Virus record (IMG/VR): IMGVR_UViG_3300027977_000008
Coordinates: 64,001 to 128,000 of that record
Origin: a virus
DNA length: 64,000 nucleotides
Reading direction: 5' to 3' (one strand)
Below, one piece after another: positions 1-9,881 of the stretch (position 1 is its first letter; each line of letters begins with the position of its first letter). The position numbers and the translations under genes were made by a program. The notes under the pieces were generated by a model. It was not told the origin of the DNA, did not search any database, and was given only the letters and a program-made list of their open reading frames with translations.

Positions 1-203
1 TTTCAAAAAAGTTTGATCCACAAGGTGTCACTGTCATTTCTTTACTTGCGGAAAGTCATATTAGCATTCACACTTGGCCAGAAGAAGGTAGAGCGGCAGT
101 AGATGTTTATACCTGTGGAAATTCTAATCCAAAAATAAGTTGCGATATTATTATTCATCAATTATACTCACAATCACACACACTATCTTATATTGAAAGA
201 TGA
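1..203 (+). CDS. speD: S-adenosylmethionine decarboxylase (3' part, truncated by window edge)
   Basis: Frame from nt 3 reads SKKFDPQGVTVISLLAESHISIHTWPEEGRAAVDVYTCG, containing the ESH autocleavage motif; stop TGA 201-203 overlaps the next ATG. Confidence 0.9.
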   Translation, partial: SKKFDPQGVTVISLLAESHISIHTWPEEGRAAVDVYTCGNSNPKISCDIIIHQLYSQSHTLSYIER

Positions 204-721
204 TTACTAATTTGAATTCTGACTTTAAGCCAGTCGTTCGTTATGGAAAAGTAATTCCTAATTATTATTGTAATCAAAATGGTGACGTTTATAGTACCAT
301 TGGTAAATCTGGAAGGTTCTTAAAAGCAAAAGTTAAATGGTCAGCTAGATTGACAATGGATCAAAGACGATTACGATGTCATTCATACACACTTTCTATA
401 CCAAAAGATTTATTCGATGATTATAATCATCGGGCAAGAGGTAAAGGACATTCACCAGCAATGTCAATAGATCGTCATCGTATTGTAATGGAGACATGGA
501 GACCAATTGATGAATATCCTCCCATTCAAGTTGTAACATGTTGGAATGAAATTCCAGAACCTGCTAAAGAATGGGTTAGAAGGACAGCATTTGTTGACCA
601 TATTGATGATAATCCTGCCAATAATCATGTAGATAATCTTAGGTGGGTAATGCCGATTGATAATCAATCACACAGAAAGAAGGCAAAACTGGATATTATG
701 ATAGTTGGAGTGAAGAATTGA
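200..721 (+). CDS. HNH homing endonuclease (NUMOD4-like N-terminus)
   Basis: C-terminal VDHIDDNPANNHVDNLRWV HNH motif; N-terminal YYCNQNGDVYS. Confidence 0.8.
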   Translation: MITNLNSDFKPVVRYGKVIPNYYCNQNGDVYSTIGKSGRFLKAKVKWSARLTMDQRRLRCHSYTLSIPKDLFDDYNHRARGKGHSPAMSIDRHRIVMETWRPIDEYPPIQVVTCWNEIPEPAKEWVRRTAFVDHIDDNPANNHVDNLRWVMPIDNQSHRKKAKLDIMIVGVKN

Positions 722-740
722 AAGATCGTATTCTAAATCG

Positions 741-1124
741 ATGATAGAACTAAAAGACTGGTTGAATAGTATTAATACTTCTAAGATCAATTTGATTGAT
801 GAAGATCCTACAATTGAAAATAAATATCTTCCATATATTATTAACAGATGTTTATCTGGACATGTTGATGCTGTGATGTTTGCTAACGAAATGAACATTA
901 ATCATCATCTTAATAAAAAGTTGCAGTATGATTTTTTACTAAATACTTTGAGATCAAAACGGAGATTTTCTCCGTGGATTAAAAAGGAAGAATTGAAAAA
1001 TCTTGAATGCGTCAAATCTTACTATGGTTATAGTAATGAAAAAGCCAGGCAAGTTCTTTCTCTTCTAACAGAAGATCAACTAACGTTTATTGGAAAAAAA
1101 CTTGATACTGGAGGAATAAAATGA
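741..1124 (+). CDS. gp62: Clamp loader small subunit gp62
   Basis: LKDWLNSIN...YLPYIINRCLS...QYDFLLN...KRRFSPW...YYGYS; position before regA. Confidence 0.9.
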   Translation: MIELKDWLNSINTSKINLIDEDPTIENKYLPYIINRCLSGHVDAVMFANEMNINHHLNKKLQYDFLLNTLRSKRRFSPWIKKEELKNLECVKSYYGYSNEKARQVLSLLTEDQLTFIGKKLDTGGIK

Positions 1125-1552
1125 GTGTTGTCGTTGAACCAGAATATCATTGGTCTCCTGATAAGATGGTTGAAGTTGTTCTTGCAGAACCTGATGATTT
1201 TCTCAAGGTTCGTGAGACACTAACAAGGATCGGTGTTGCATCAAGAAAGGAAAAAAAATTATATCAATCTTGCCATATTCTGCATAAACAGGGTAAGTAT
1301 TATATTGTTCATTTCAAAGAACTTTTTGCACTAGATGGTAAAAGCACAAATCTTAGCATCAATGATGTGCATAGAAGAAATAGAATTATTCAACTCCTTG
1401 CTGACTGGGGATTGGTTGAAGTGATTAAACCAGATACTATTTCTGATATTGCACCATTAAATCAAATCAAAGTGATTCCATATAAGGTAAAAAGTGAATG
1501 GGTGTTGGAAACCAAATACAATATTGGTAAAAAACGAACTGAACCAGGATAA
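1121..1552 (+). CDS. regA: Translational repressor RegA
   Basis: EPDDFLKVRETLTRIGVASRKEKKLYQSCHILHKQGKYYIVHFKELFALDG. Confidence 0.97.
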   Translation: MSVVVEPEYHWSPDKMVEVVLAEPDDFLKVRETLTRIGVASRKEKKLYQSCHILHKQGKYYIVHFKELFALDGKSTNLSINDVHRRNRIIQLLADWGLVEVIKPDTISDIAPLNQIKVIPYKVKSEWVLETKYNIGKKRTEPG

Positions 1553-1563
1553 CCGAATATAAC

Positions 1564-1590
1564 AAGCGGGTTTTTACGACCTGCTTTTTT
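1564..1590 (+). terminator. Rho-independent terminator after regA
   Basis: AAGCGGGT-loop-ACCTGCTT followed by a T run. Confidence 0.7.
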
Positions 1591-1659
1591 ATTGATTAGT
1601 ATATAATTAGTAATGTCGCCGTAAGGGACATTTAACACTAGACGCTCAAAGAGGTCACT

Positions 1660-2040
1660 ATGTTTGGTTCACATTCAATTACACTTAGCGTGCCTGAAAC
1701 CAGGACGTATCTAGACGCAATTACAAATAAAAGTTATCCACCACATAATATTCTTAAGACCAAGGAAGGATACTGTCTTGAACTAGCAGTAGCAGGTTTC
1801 AAAAAAGAAGAGATCAAAGTTTACACTGAAGAGGATACTCTTTACGTTGAAGGATTGCGTGAAGACATTCATGATGAAACTGAATACATTTATCGTGGAT
1901 TAGCATTCCGTCGCTTCAGTCGTGTATGGAAAATGCCAAATAACTTAGAAGTTGACAAGGTTACTCATAGTGATGGATTGGTTTCTGTTAACTTTAAGAA
2001 GATTATTCCTGAAGCACAAAGGAGAAAAGATTACCTCTAA
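1660..2040 (+). CDS. hsp20: Small heat shock protein Hsp20
   Basis: SYPPHNI...LELAVAGFKKEEI...YIYRGLAFRRFSRVW...DGLV alpha-crystallin domain. Confidence 0.9.
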   Translation: MFGSHSITLSVPETRTYLDAITNKSYPPHNILKTKEGYCLELAVAGFKKEEIKVYTEEDTLYVEGLREDIHDETEYIYRGLAFRRFSRVWKMPNNLEVDKVTHSDGLVSVNFKKIIPEAQRRKDYL

Positions 2041-2063
2041 ATACTTCAAACGAATGAAGTGTT

Positions 2064-2807
2064 TTGTATAGTCGGATAATAAAACATATTTCAGCGTCAG
2101 ATTTTAGACGACTAAATGAAAATCTGACGTTAAAATTTAGAGATCAACTCAATCCAACATTCTGGGAGGGCAACGTTCTGAAATCAAATATCAGAACTGC
2201 CCTTTTTAAATTTGCTGATGCTTTTGCGGAATACGTTGGGATTGATAGTAAGGCAATCAAAGATGTATTGATGCTTGGTGGTAATGCTGGATATAACTAT
2301 ACGACATATTCAGATGTTGATGTTCATTTAGTTATTGATCCAAAGTATCTTCCTCAGTGTGATCCTGAACTATTAGATGATTATTTCAAGGACAAAAAAA
2401 CTTTATGGTCATTAACGCATGACGTAAAAGTTTATGGTGCAGATGTAGAACCTTATATTGAAAAACCTGGTATTATCAGAAGAAAAAGTCAAGGAGTTTT
2501 TAGTATACTAAAAAACAAGTGGATGCAAAGTCCACAAAAGTTTGAAGGAGAACTTGACGAAGCAGAACTGCAAAAAAAATTAAACAACATTAAAAATAAA
2601 ATTGATACGTTGATCCAAGGTAATAATGAAACTGGACTTCGTGCAATTTTAAAGAAGTTAAATACCGCAAGAAATTCTTCTTTAGATAAATTTGGAGAAT
2701 ATGGATTTGAAAATCTTGTGTTTAAAGAACTACGTAACAGTGGATACATTGACAAAGTGCGTACATCAGTGGTAGAATTAAAGACGAAAAAGTTGTCTTT
2801 GCCATGA
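2064..2807 (+). CDS. Pol-beta-superfamily nucleotidyltransferase
   Basis: LGGNAGYNYTTYSDVDVHL matches hG[GS]x(9-13)DhD, with a downstream DVEPY acidic strand; TTG start after late promoter TAAATA. Confidence 0.7.
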   Translation: MYSRIIKHISASDFRRLNENLTLKFRDQLNPTFWEGNVLKSNIRTALFKFADAFAEYVGIDSKAIKDVLMLGGNAGYNYTTYSDVDVHLVIDPKYLPQCDPELLDDYFKDKKTLWSLTHDVKVYGADVEPYIEKPGIIRRKSQGVFSILKNKWMQSPQKFEGELDEAELQKKLNNIKNKIDTLIQGNNETGLRAILKKLNTARNSSLDKFGEYGFENLVFKELRNSGYIDKVRTSVVELKTKKLSLP

Positions 2808-3052
2808 TCAAAATTTTGTTTTTGAAGACTAATATTATTTTGATTGCTAGAGTTGATGAAGTATCATCAGAACTTGGAGAGCCTGATTGTAAACTAATTA
2901 AACCATTTATAGTTTCTCAGAATGGTTTGATTCCATGGATGAATGAGTTTACTAATCAACCTGAAATTATGATTCATTCTGATAGCATTCTAACTATTGT
3001 AGATCCTAATAAGGAGTATTTGGACAAATATCAATCGTTGACTGCTGAATGA
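2804..3052 (+). CDS. Conserved small protein upstream of gp43
   Basis: ELGEPDCKLIKPF...PW motif; position typical of T4-like cyanophages. Confidence 0.7.
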   Translation: MIKILFLKTNIILIARVDEVSSELGEPDCKLIKPFIVSQNGLIPWMNEFTNQPEIMIHSDSILTIVDPNKEYLDKYQSLTAE

Positions 3053-5544
3053 GGTATTATACAAACGTTCAAATGGTAGGGAACGAATTTCTCGTTCGGG
3101 GATTTGAAAATGGTAAAAGTTTTATTACCCGTGAAAACTTTGAACCAACATTATTTGTTCCAAGTCAAAATAAAACTAAGTATAAAACATTAGAAGGAAA
3201 GTACGTACAGTCCATTCAACCTGGTAGTGTACGAGATTGTCGTGAGTTTATCAAAACACACCAGAACGTAGAAGGATTTGAGATCTACGGAAATACAAGA
3301 TATATCTATCAGTATATTTCTGAAAAGTATCCCGAAGATCATATTGAGTTTGATCTTAAAAAGATGAAACTTGTAACAATTGATATTGAAGTTGCATCTG
3401 AACGTGGATTTCCTACCGTTGCAAAATGTGATGAAGAAATGCTTTGCATTACTTTGCAAAATTATTCAAACAAAAGAATTATTACTTTTGGGCAAGGTAA
3501 ATTTAAAAACGATGATCCAGACGTTCAATATGTTGAATGTAAAGATGAATATGATCTTCTCAATAAATTTCTAGGTTATTGGCAAGTCAATAGTCCAGAA
3601 GTAATTACTGGTTGGAACTGTACATTATATGATATTCCATATCTTGCAAAACGTATTGCAAGAGTTCTTGGAGAAAAGTCGGTAAAAATTCTTTCTCCGT
3701 GGGGACTTGTTACAAATGAAGAAATTACTCTTGCTGGTCGTCATCATTTAGTCTATGATATTGGTGGTATTACTGTTCTAGATTATCTAGATCTTTATAA
3801 GAAATTTACTTATAAATCACAGGAAAGTTATCGTCTTGATTATATTGGTGAAGTAGAACTTGGTAAGAAAAAACTTGATCACTCAGAATTTGATACTTTC
3901 AAAGAGTTTTATACAAAAAATTGGCAAAAGTTTGTAGAATACAATATTCAAGACGTGCGACTTGTTGACGCACTTGAGGAAAAAATGAAGCTCGTTGAGT
4001 TAGCAGTTACTATGGCATTTGATGCTAAGGTAAATTTTCACGACGTTTTTTATCAAGTTCGCATGTGGGATATGATTATCTACAATGATTTGAAAAAGAA
4101 GGATATCGTTATTCCACCCAAAAAATCTGAAAGTAAAAATGAAAAATATGCTGGTGCTTATGTAAAGGAACCTATTCCTGGTATCTATGATTGGGTTGTA
4201 AGTTTTGACTTGAATAGTCTGTATCCACACCTAATCATGCAATATAATATTTCTCCAGAAACACTTCTCGATAAGAAGTTTGCTGGTGTTAGTGTTGATA
4301 AACTTTTAAAAAAAGAAGTTGATCTTAGTAGTCTTGACGGTGTAACTGTATGTCCAAACGGAGCGCAGTTTACAACAAAGAAGCGTGGGTTCCTTCCAGT
4401 ATTGATGGAAAGGATTTATAATGAACGTGTAGTCTTCAAAAATAAGATGTTGGAGGCAAAAAAAGAATATGAGAAGAAAAAAACTAAAGTACTGGAACGC
4501 GAAATTGCGCGATGTAACAACATCCAGATGGCAAAAAAGATCCAGCTTAATAGTGCTTATGGTGCTATTGGGAATAATTATTTCCGTTACTATAAGTTAG
4601 ATAATGCTGAAGCAATTACTCTTGGGGGTCAACTTAGTATACGATGGATTGAAGCAAAGATGAATTTATATATAAACAACATTCTTAAAACTAACAATAT
4701 CGATTATGTGATTGCTTCTGATACCGATAGCATATATCTCAATCTTGGTCCTTTGGTCAAAAGTGTATACATAGGAAGAGAGAAAACTACTGAAGAGATT
4801 GTTTCGTTTCTTGATAAAGTATGTAAGGTGGAACTTGAAAAATATATTCAAAATTCTTATGAAGAACTAGCAGAATATGTAAATGCTTATGATCAGAAGA
4901 TGATTATGAAGCGAGAAACAATTGCTGACCGTGGAATTTGGACTGCTAAGAAACGTTATATTTTGAATGCATGGGACGTTGAAGGAGTTCGGTACAGTGA
5001 ACCAAAACTCAAGATCATGGGTATCGAAGCAGTAAAATCTTCAACTCCGGCACCATGTCGATCCATGATCAAGGAGGCACTTAAATTGATGATGAATGGG
5101 ACTGAAAATGATGTTATAGATTTTATTGAAAAATCTAGAATTCAATTTAAAAAATTATCTCCAAATGAGATTGCATTTCCGCGTTCAGTATCTGATGTAG
5201 ATAAGTATAAAAGTAATCTTTCAATTTATGCAAAAGGAACTCCAATTCATGTAAGAGGAGCACTTTTATTTAACCATCATATAAAAGATAAGAAACTTAC
5301 TGAAAAGTATAATACCATTAACAATGGTGAAAAAATTAAATTTTGCTATTTAAAAAAACCAAATCCAATACATGAAAATATTATTTCATTTATCAATGAA
5401 TTCCCAATAGAACTTGGACTAATGAATTACATTGACTATGATTTACAATTTAATAAAGCATTCTTAGATCCATTGAAGACACTTCTTGATAGTATTAAAT
5501 GGTCGGTAGAAAAAATTTCTACACTTGATAGTTTTTTTATATAA
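3049..5544 (+). CDS. gp43: Family B DNA polymerase gp43
   Basis: Exo motif IDIE; SFDLNSLYPH; KIQLNSAYG; ASDTDS; no intein visible. Confidence 0.98.
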   Translation: MRYYTNVQMVGNEFLVRGFENGKSFITRENFEPTLFVPSQNKTKYKTLEGKYVQSIQPGSVRDCREFIKTHQNVEGFEIYGNTRYIYQYISEKYPEDHIEFDLKKMKLVTIDIEVASERGFPTVAKCDEEMLCITLQNYSNKRIITFGQGKFKNDDPDVQYVECKDEYDLLNKFLGYWQVNSPEVITGWNCTLYDIPYLAKRIARVLGEKSVKILSPWGLVTNEEITLAGRHHLVYDIGGITVLDYLDLYKKFTYKSQESYRLDYIGEVELGKKKLDHSEFDTFKEFYTKNWQKFVEYNIQDVRLVDALEEKMKLVELAVTMAFDAKVNFHDVFYQVRMWDMIIYNDLKKKDIVIPPKKSESKNEKYAGAYVKEPIPGIYDWVVSFDLNSLYPHLIMQYNISPETLLDKKFAGVSVDKLLKKEVDLSSLDGVTVCPNGAQFTTKKRGFLPVLMERIYNERVVFKNKMLEAKKEYEKKKTKVLEREIARCNNIQMAKKIQLNSAYGAIGNNYFRYYKLDNAEAITLGGQLSIRWIEAKMNLYINNILKTNNIDYVIASDTDSIYLNLGPLVKSVYIGREKTTEEIVSFLDKVCKVELEKYIQNSYEELAEYVNAYDQKMIMKRETIADRGIWTAKKRYILNAWDVEGVRYSEPKLKIMGIEAVKSSTPAPCRSMIKEALKLMMNGTENDVIDFIEKSRIQFKKLSPNEIAFPRSVSDVDKYKSNLSIYAKGTPIHVRGALLFNHHIKDKKLTEKYNTINNGEKIKFCYLKKPNPIHENIISFINEFPIELGLMNYIDYDLQFNKAFLDPLKTLLDSIKWSVEKISTLDSFFI

Positions 5545-5553
5545 TGCTATAAT
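5525..5553 (+). promoter_or_regulatory. Sigma70-type promoter for uvsX
   Basis: TTGATA-N17-TATAAT with an extended -10 TG. Confidence 0.6.
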
Positions 5554-5573
5554 ATGTAAAACAAACTTGTGCT

Positions 5574-6617
5574 ATGGACTTTTTAAAAGACATTTTAAAG
5601 GAAATTAAAGATGAATACACAAATCTTGCTTCAGATATAAATGAAGAAGAAACGTATGTAGATACTGGATCCTATATTTTTAATGGTTTAGTTAGTGGAT
5701 CTATTTACGGTGGTGTATCTGGAAACAGAATTACAGCAATTGCTGGTGAAACCTCAACAGGTAAAACATTCTTTAGTCTTGCTGTAGTTAAAAACTTTTT
5801 GGATACTAATCCTGATAGTTATGTTCTTTATTTTGATACTGAAGCAGCAATTACTAAATCACTTTTAGAAAGTCGTGGTGTTCCTACTAATAGGTTAGTT
5901 GTTATCAACGTTGTAACCGTTGAAGAGTTTCGTAATAAAGCACTTAAAGCTGTAGATATATTCTTAAAAAAACCTGCAGATCAACGCAAACCATGTATGT
6001 TTGTGTTAGACTCATTGGGAATGCTTTCAACCAACAAGGAAATTAATGATGTTTTAAACGATAAAGATGTAAAGGATATGACCAAATCTTCACTAATTAA
6101 AGGTGCATTTAGAATGCTAACTTTAAAACTTGGTCAAGCAAATATTCCTCTTATTGTTACTAATCATACCTATGATGTCATTGGATCTTATTTTCCCACA
6201 AAAGAAATGGGCGGCGGTAGTGGTCTTAAGTATGCTGCTTCTACAATTATATATCTCAGTAAATCAAAAGAAAAGGAAGGAACAGAAGTCGTTGGAAATA
6301 TTGTCAAAGCAAAGACTAATAAATCACGTTTAACTAAAGAAAATAAGCAAGTTGAAGTTCGTCTTTTTTATGATGAACGTGGATTGGATCGTTATTATGG
6401 TCTACTTGATCTTGCTGAAAAACATGAAATTGTTAAGAAGATTGGTACTAGATATGAAATTAATGGTGTTACAGCATATGCTAAGTCAATTTATGCCAAT
6501 CCAGAAAAATATTTTACTAAAGAATTAATGCAGTATTTGGATGCTGCAGCAAAAATGGAGTTTACTTATGGCGGAGAAAGTTGCACTGACGATACTGAAG
6601 AACTTGCTAAATCGTGA
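5574..6617 (+). CDS. uvsX: RecA-like recombinase UvsX
   Basis: Walker A GETSTGKT; YFDTE; VLDSLGML; MGGGSGLKYAAS. Confidence 0.95.
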   Translation: MDFLKDILKEIKDEYTNLASDINEEETYVDTGSYIFNGLVSGSIYGGVSGNRITAIAGETSTGKTFFSLAVVKNFLDTNPDSYVLYFDTEAAITKSLLESRGVPTNRLVVINVVTVEEFRNKALKAVDIFLKKPADQRKPCMFVLDSLGMLSTNKEINDVLNDKDVKDMTKSSLIKGAFRMLTLKLGQANIPLIVTNHTYDVIGSYFPTKEMGGGSGLKYAASTIIYLSKSKEKEGTEVVGNIVKAKTNKSRLTKENKQVEVRLFYDERGLDRYYGLLDLAEKHEIVKKIGTRYEINGVTAYAKSIYANPEKYFTKELMQYLDAAAKMEFTYGGESCTDDTEELAKS

Positions 6618-7953
6618 AGAGTATACTCGTAAAGTATTACCCTTTATTAAAACAGAATACTTTGAAGAACGAACTGACAAGGTAATTTTTGAAGAGATTA
6701 GTTCTTTTATAACAAAGTATGATAGTCTTCCATTGAAGGAAGTTTTGTTTATTGAAATTGAAAAGAGAACAGACATAACTCAAGATGAATTTAAGTTATG
6801 TGAACAACTTATTGTTGCATTAGAACCATCTGATGTAGACTTTCAATGGGCAATTGATACTACTGAAGAGTGGTGTAAGGAACGTGCCATTTATTTGGCA
6901 CTGATGGAAAGTATCAAGATTGCTGATGGGCAAGATGATAAAAAGGGAAGAGATGCTATTCCTTCTATTTTGTCTGATGCATTAGCAGTGAGTTTTGATA
7001 ATCATGTTGGGCACGATTACATAGATGATTACCAAGATCGCTATGCATATTATCATAAGGTTGAAAGTAAAATCCCATTTGATCTTGAATACTTCAATAA
7101 GATTACTGCTGGTGGTATTTCTAACAAAACTCTTAATATCGCGCTTGCTGGTACTGGTGTAGGTAAGTCTCTTTTTATGTGCCATTTTGCTTCCAGCGTT
7201 CTTGTTGCAGGAAAAAATGTTTTATACATTACACTTGAAATGGCAGAAGAAAAGATTGCAGAAAGAATTGACGCAAATCTTCTCAATACTAACATTGGGG
7301 AAATTAGTCAATTGCCAAAAAACACATTCTTTAAAAAAATCAATGCACTCAGTTCACGTACTAACGGGAAGTTGATCGTAAAAGAATATCCTACAGCATC
7401 TGCACATGTTGGACATTTTAGATCACTTCTAAATGAATTATCACTAAAGAAATCATTTAGACCAGATATTATTTTTGTTGACTATTTAAATATTTGTTCT
7501 TCTTCTAGGTATCGTTCTGCAGTCAATGTCAATTCTTATTCTTATATCAAAGCGATTGCTGAAGAATTACGGGGTTTGGCAGTTGAATTTAATTTGCCTA
7601 TTGTCTCTGCTACTCAAACCACTAGAAGTGGATCTACAAGTTCCGATCCAAATCTAACGGATACTTCAGAAAGTTTTGGTCTTCCTGCTACTGCTGACTT
7701 GATGTTTGCTTTGATTAGTAGTGAAGAATTGGAGCAGTTGGGACAGATTATGGTGAAACAATTGAAGAATAGATATAATGATCCTACTATTAACAAGAGA
7801 TTTGTTGTTGGTATTGATCGTGCTAAGATGCGTCTTTACGATTGCGAACAAAAAGCTCAAGATAATATTCTTGACAAAGGAGATGATGCGGAGTATAATA
7901 ATACGGGTGATGATAAATCATCTAAAGCTAAATTCAATGATTTTAAATTCTAA
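6568..7953 (+). CDS. gp41: Replicative helicase gp41
   Basis: LAGTGVGKS; ITLEMAEE; FVDYL; SATQTTR; SESFGLPATAD; start placed at ATG 6568 after GGAG. Confidence 0.96.
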   Translation: MAEKVALTILKNLLNREEYTRKVLPFIKTEYFEERTDKVIFEEISSFITKYDSLPLKEVLFIEIEKRTDITQDEFKLCEQLIVALEPSDVDFQWAIDTTEEWCKERAIYLALMESIKIADGQDDKKGRDAIPSILSDALAVSFDNHVGHDYIDDYQDRYAYYHKVESKIPFDLEYFNKITAGGISNKTLNIALAGTGVGKSLFMCHFASSVLVAGKNVLYITLEMAEEKIAERIDANLLNTNIGEISQLPKNTFFKKINALSSRTNGKLIVKEYPTASAHVGHFRSLLNELSLKKSFRPDIIFVDYLNICSSSRYRSAVNVNSYSYIKAIAEELRGLAVEFNLPIVSATQTTRSGSTSSDPNLTDTSESFGLPATADLMFALISSEELEQLGQIMVKQLKNRYNDPTINKRFVVGIDRAKMRLYDCEQKAQDNILDKGDDAEYNNTGDDKSSKAKFNDFKF

Positions 7954-8351
7954 TGGCATTTGAAAAATATAAAAAGTTTGTTTCTGAAGTAACTAGTCCT
8001 GCTTCTAGTAATAAAGATGCATTTGTTGCTCGTATTCAAGAACTTGAAGATGGTGGTTTAGAAATTCATCGTCTTCTTACTGGTGCAGTTGGAATTTCAG
8101 CAGAAGCAGGAGAGTTTATGGAAATTGTAAAAAAAATTATTTTTCAAGGCAAACCTGCTAATGAAGATAATCTTGAGTATTTGAAGATTGAACTTGGTGA
8201 TATTATTTGGTATGTTGCTCAAGCATGTCTTGCTCTTGATATTTCATTGGAAGAATTGACTGATATGAATATCAAAAAACTTTCAAAGCGTTATCCTGAA
8301 GGAACCTTTGATGCTTACTATTCGGAAAATCGAACAGCAGATGATCGATAA
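7953..8351 (+). CDS. mazG: MazG nucleotide pyrophosphohydrolase
   Basis: GISAEAGEFMEIVKK...IELGDIIWY...NIKKLSKRYP. Confidence 0.93.
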   Translation: MAFEKYKKFVSEVTSPASSNKDAFVARIQELEDGGLEIHRLLTGAVGISAEAGEFMEIVKKIIFQGKPANEDNLEYLKIELGDIIWYVAQACLALDISLEELTDMNIKKLSKRYPEGTFDAYYSENRTADDR

Positions 8352-9045
8352 TTATTGTATTACATGTCTAAAAATTGGCGATAAGTTTGGTTCAGATTAT
8401 GTAAACAAACTTTATACTATGGTGCGTCACCAAACTGATGCACCATTTTTCTGTTTTACAGATAATGTTGATGGAATTATTGATGGTATTGATATAGTTT
8501 TTATTGACGTATCTGAATACTTAACATGGCAAAATTGGTGGGCAGCATGGTATAAACTATGTTTGTTTGTTGCTCCAGAACTAAGTGAATTTGATAGAAA
8601 AATATTCTTTGATCTTGATGTTATTATTCATGGAGATATAAGTTCTATTTTAAATTGCAATGATAAATTTTCATTAATTTATTCTAAGTGGAAAGGAGTT
8701 ATGCATAAAGCAAAATATCCTACCAAATCCATGTTCAATTCTAGTGTTATGATGTGGAAAAATAACACTTCAATTTATGAATATTGGATGAAAGATCCAA
8801 AAACATACGTTAAAAAGTATCATGGTACAGATGATTTTTATCACAATGAAAGAATAGAAAGAACTCATATACCAAGTATTTGTTATTCTTATCGAGATGG
8901 ATGTAAAACCAATCAGGAAAATAGTTTAGTATTACGAGAAGATCATGCTCTAGCAATACTTCATCAACAACCAAAAAATCATGAGTTGAATGTATCACAG
9001 CATCCTATTGTTGAATACTGGAATGGAAAGAAACCCCTTCTCTAA
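8341..9045 (+). CDS. GT-A fold glycosyltransferase-like protein
   Basis: CLKIGDKFGSDYVNKLYTMV...FCFTD...WYKL...FFDLDVII (DxD)...FNSSVM. Confidence 0.7.
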   Translation: MIDNYCITCLKIGDKFGSDYVNKLYTMVRHQTDAPFFCFTDNVDGIIDGIDIVFIDVSEYLTWQNWWAAWYKLCLFVAPELSEFDRKIFFDLDVIIHGDISSILNCNDKFSLIYSKWKGVMHKAKYPTKSMFNSSVMMWKNNTSIYEYWMKDPKTYVKKYHGTDDFYHNERIERTHIPSICYSYRDGCKTNQENSLVLREDHALAILHQQPKNHELNVSQHPIVEYWNGKKPLL

Positions 9046-9068
9046 ATATCTGGAGAAGGGGGATTTTT

Positions 9069-9881
9069 ATGGCAATCGACAGGGGAAAGCAATTTGAATA
9101 TGCTATTATGCTTGCAGCATATAATAGGATTATTAATCCTACCCTTGGCGAACAAAATGAAATTCGTAAATTATCATTTCAACCAATAGAAGGGGCAGTT
9201 CAATCAGCTGCTAATGTAATGATTGATAAAATTGAACCATATAATCCTCAACAATTTTATAAATCATTTAGACAACTTGGTGGTTCTAGTCCAGAACCAA
9301 AAACAGATGTCTTGTGTATAAAAAATGGAATGAAACTTAAGTGTTCATTAAAATGGGGTGATGCATATCAACTTTCTAGTTCTGGAATTCAAGGAACAGT
9401 AAATGTATTAAACAATGTTTTATTTAAAGTTGCAATAGCAGGAGGGATGGGTGCAGCAGAAGTAAAAAAAGTTGCTATGGTTCTTGATGAATTATCTCAA
9501 ACTTTAGGTGAAGGTCCAAAGAAACAACCTCAACCAGTAATTAAAGCAATTCTTGATCAAGCAAAAAGATCAGGTGGTTTAAATGAACGACTTCAAGGTA
9601 TTTTAGGTTCAAGAAAAAATCCTGAAGGAGATAAATTATTTTTAGTATTTAAACGAGAACTTGTAAGAGAATCCTTGACTGGTGAATCGCTTTTTGGAAA
9701 ATCTAATGATAAAACTGCAAACTATATTTTAAATGAACGGGAGTTAAAACCAATAGATGATAAATTGGTGAATGAAATTGCTGATAAAACTTATGTCGAT
9801 ATTAGATTAAAAGGTCGTGGAACAGATCCTTCAGGTGTTAGATTGAACGAAGCAGTTATTAGAATTGAACCAGTATCATGA
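9069..9881 (+). CDS. Putative PD-(D/E)XK nuclease
   Basis: GKQFEYAI...PEPKTDV...KCSLK pattern of restriction-endonuclease-like folds. Confidence 0.45.
   Translation: MAIDRGKQFEYAIMLAAYNRIINPTLGEQNEIRKLSFQPIEGAVQSAANVMIDKIEPYNPQQFYKSFRQLGGSSPEPKTDVLCIKNGMKLKCSLKWGDAYQLSSSGIQGTVNVLNNVLFKVAIAGGMGAAEVKKVAMVLDELSQTLGEGPKKQPQPVIKAILDQAKRSGGLNERLQGILGSRKNPEGDKLFLVFKRELVRESLTGESLFGKSNDKTANYILNERELKPIDDKLVNEIADKTYVDIRLKGRGTDPSGVRLNEAVIRIEPVS

Noticed and set aside
6541-6617. uvsX/gp41 overlap, and similarly gp61/nrdA and nrdA/nrdB
   Set aside because: Short overlaps are routine in compact T4-like cyanophage genomes.
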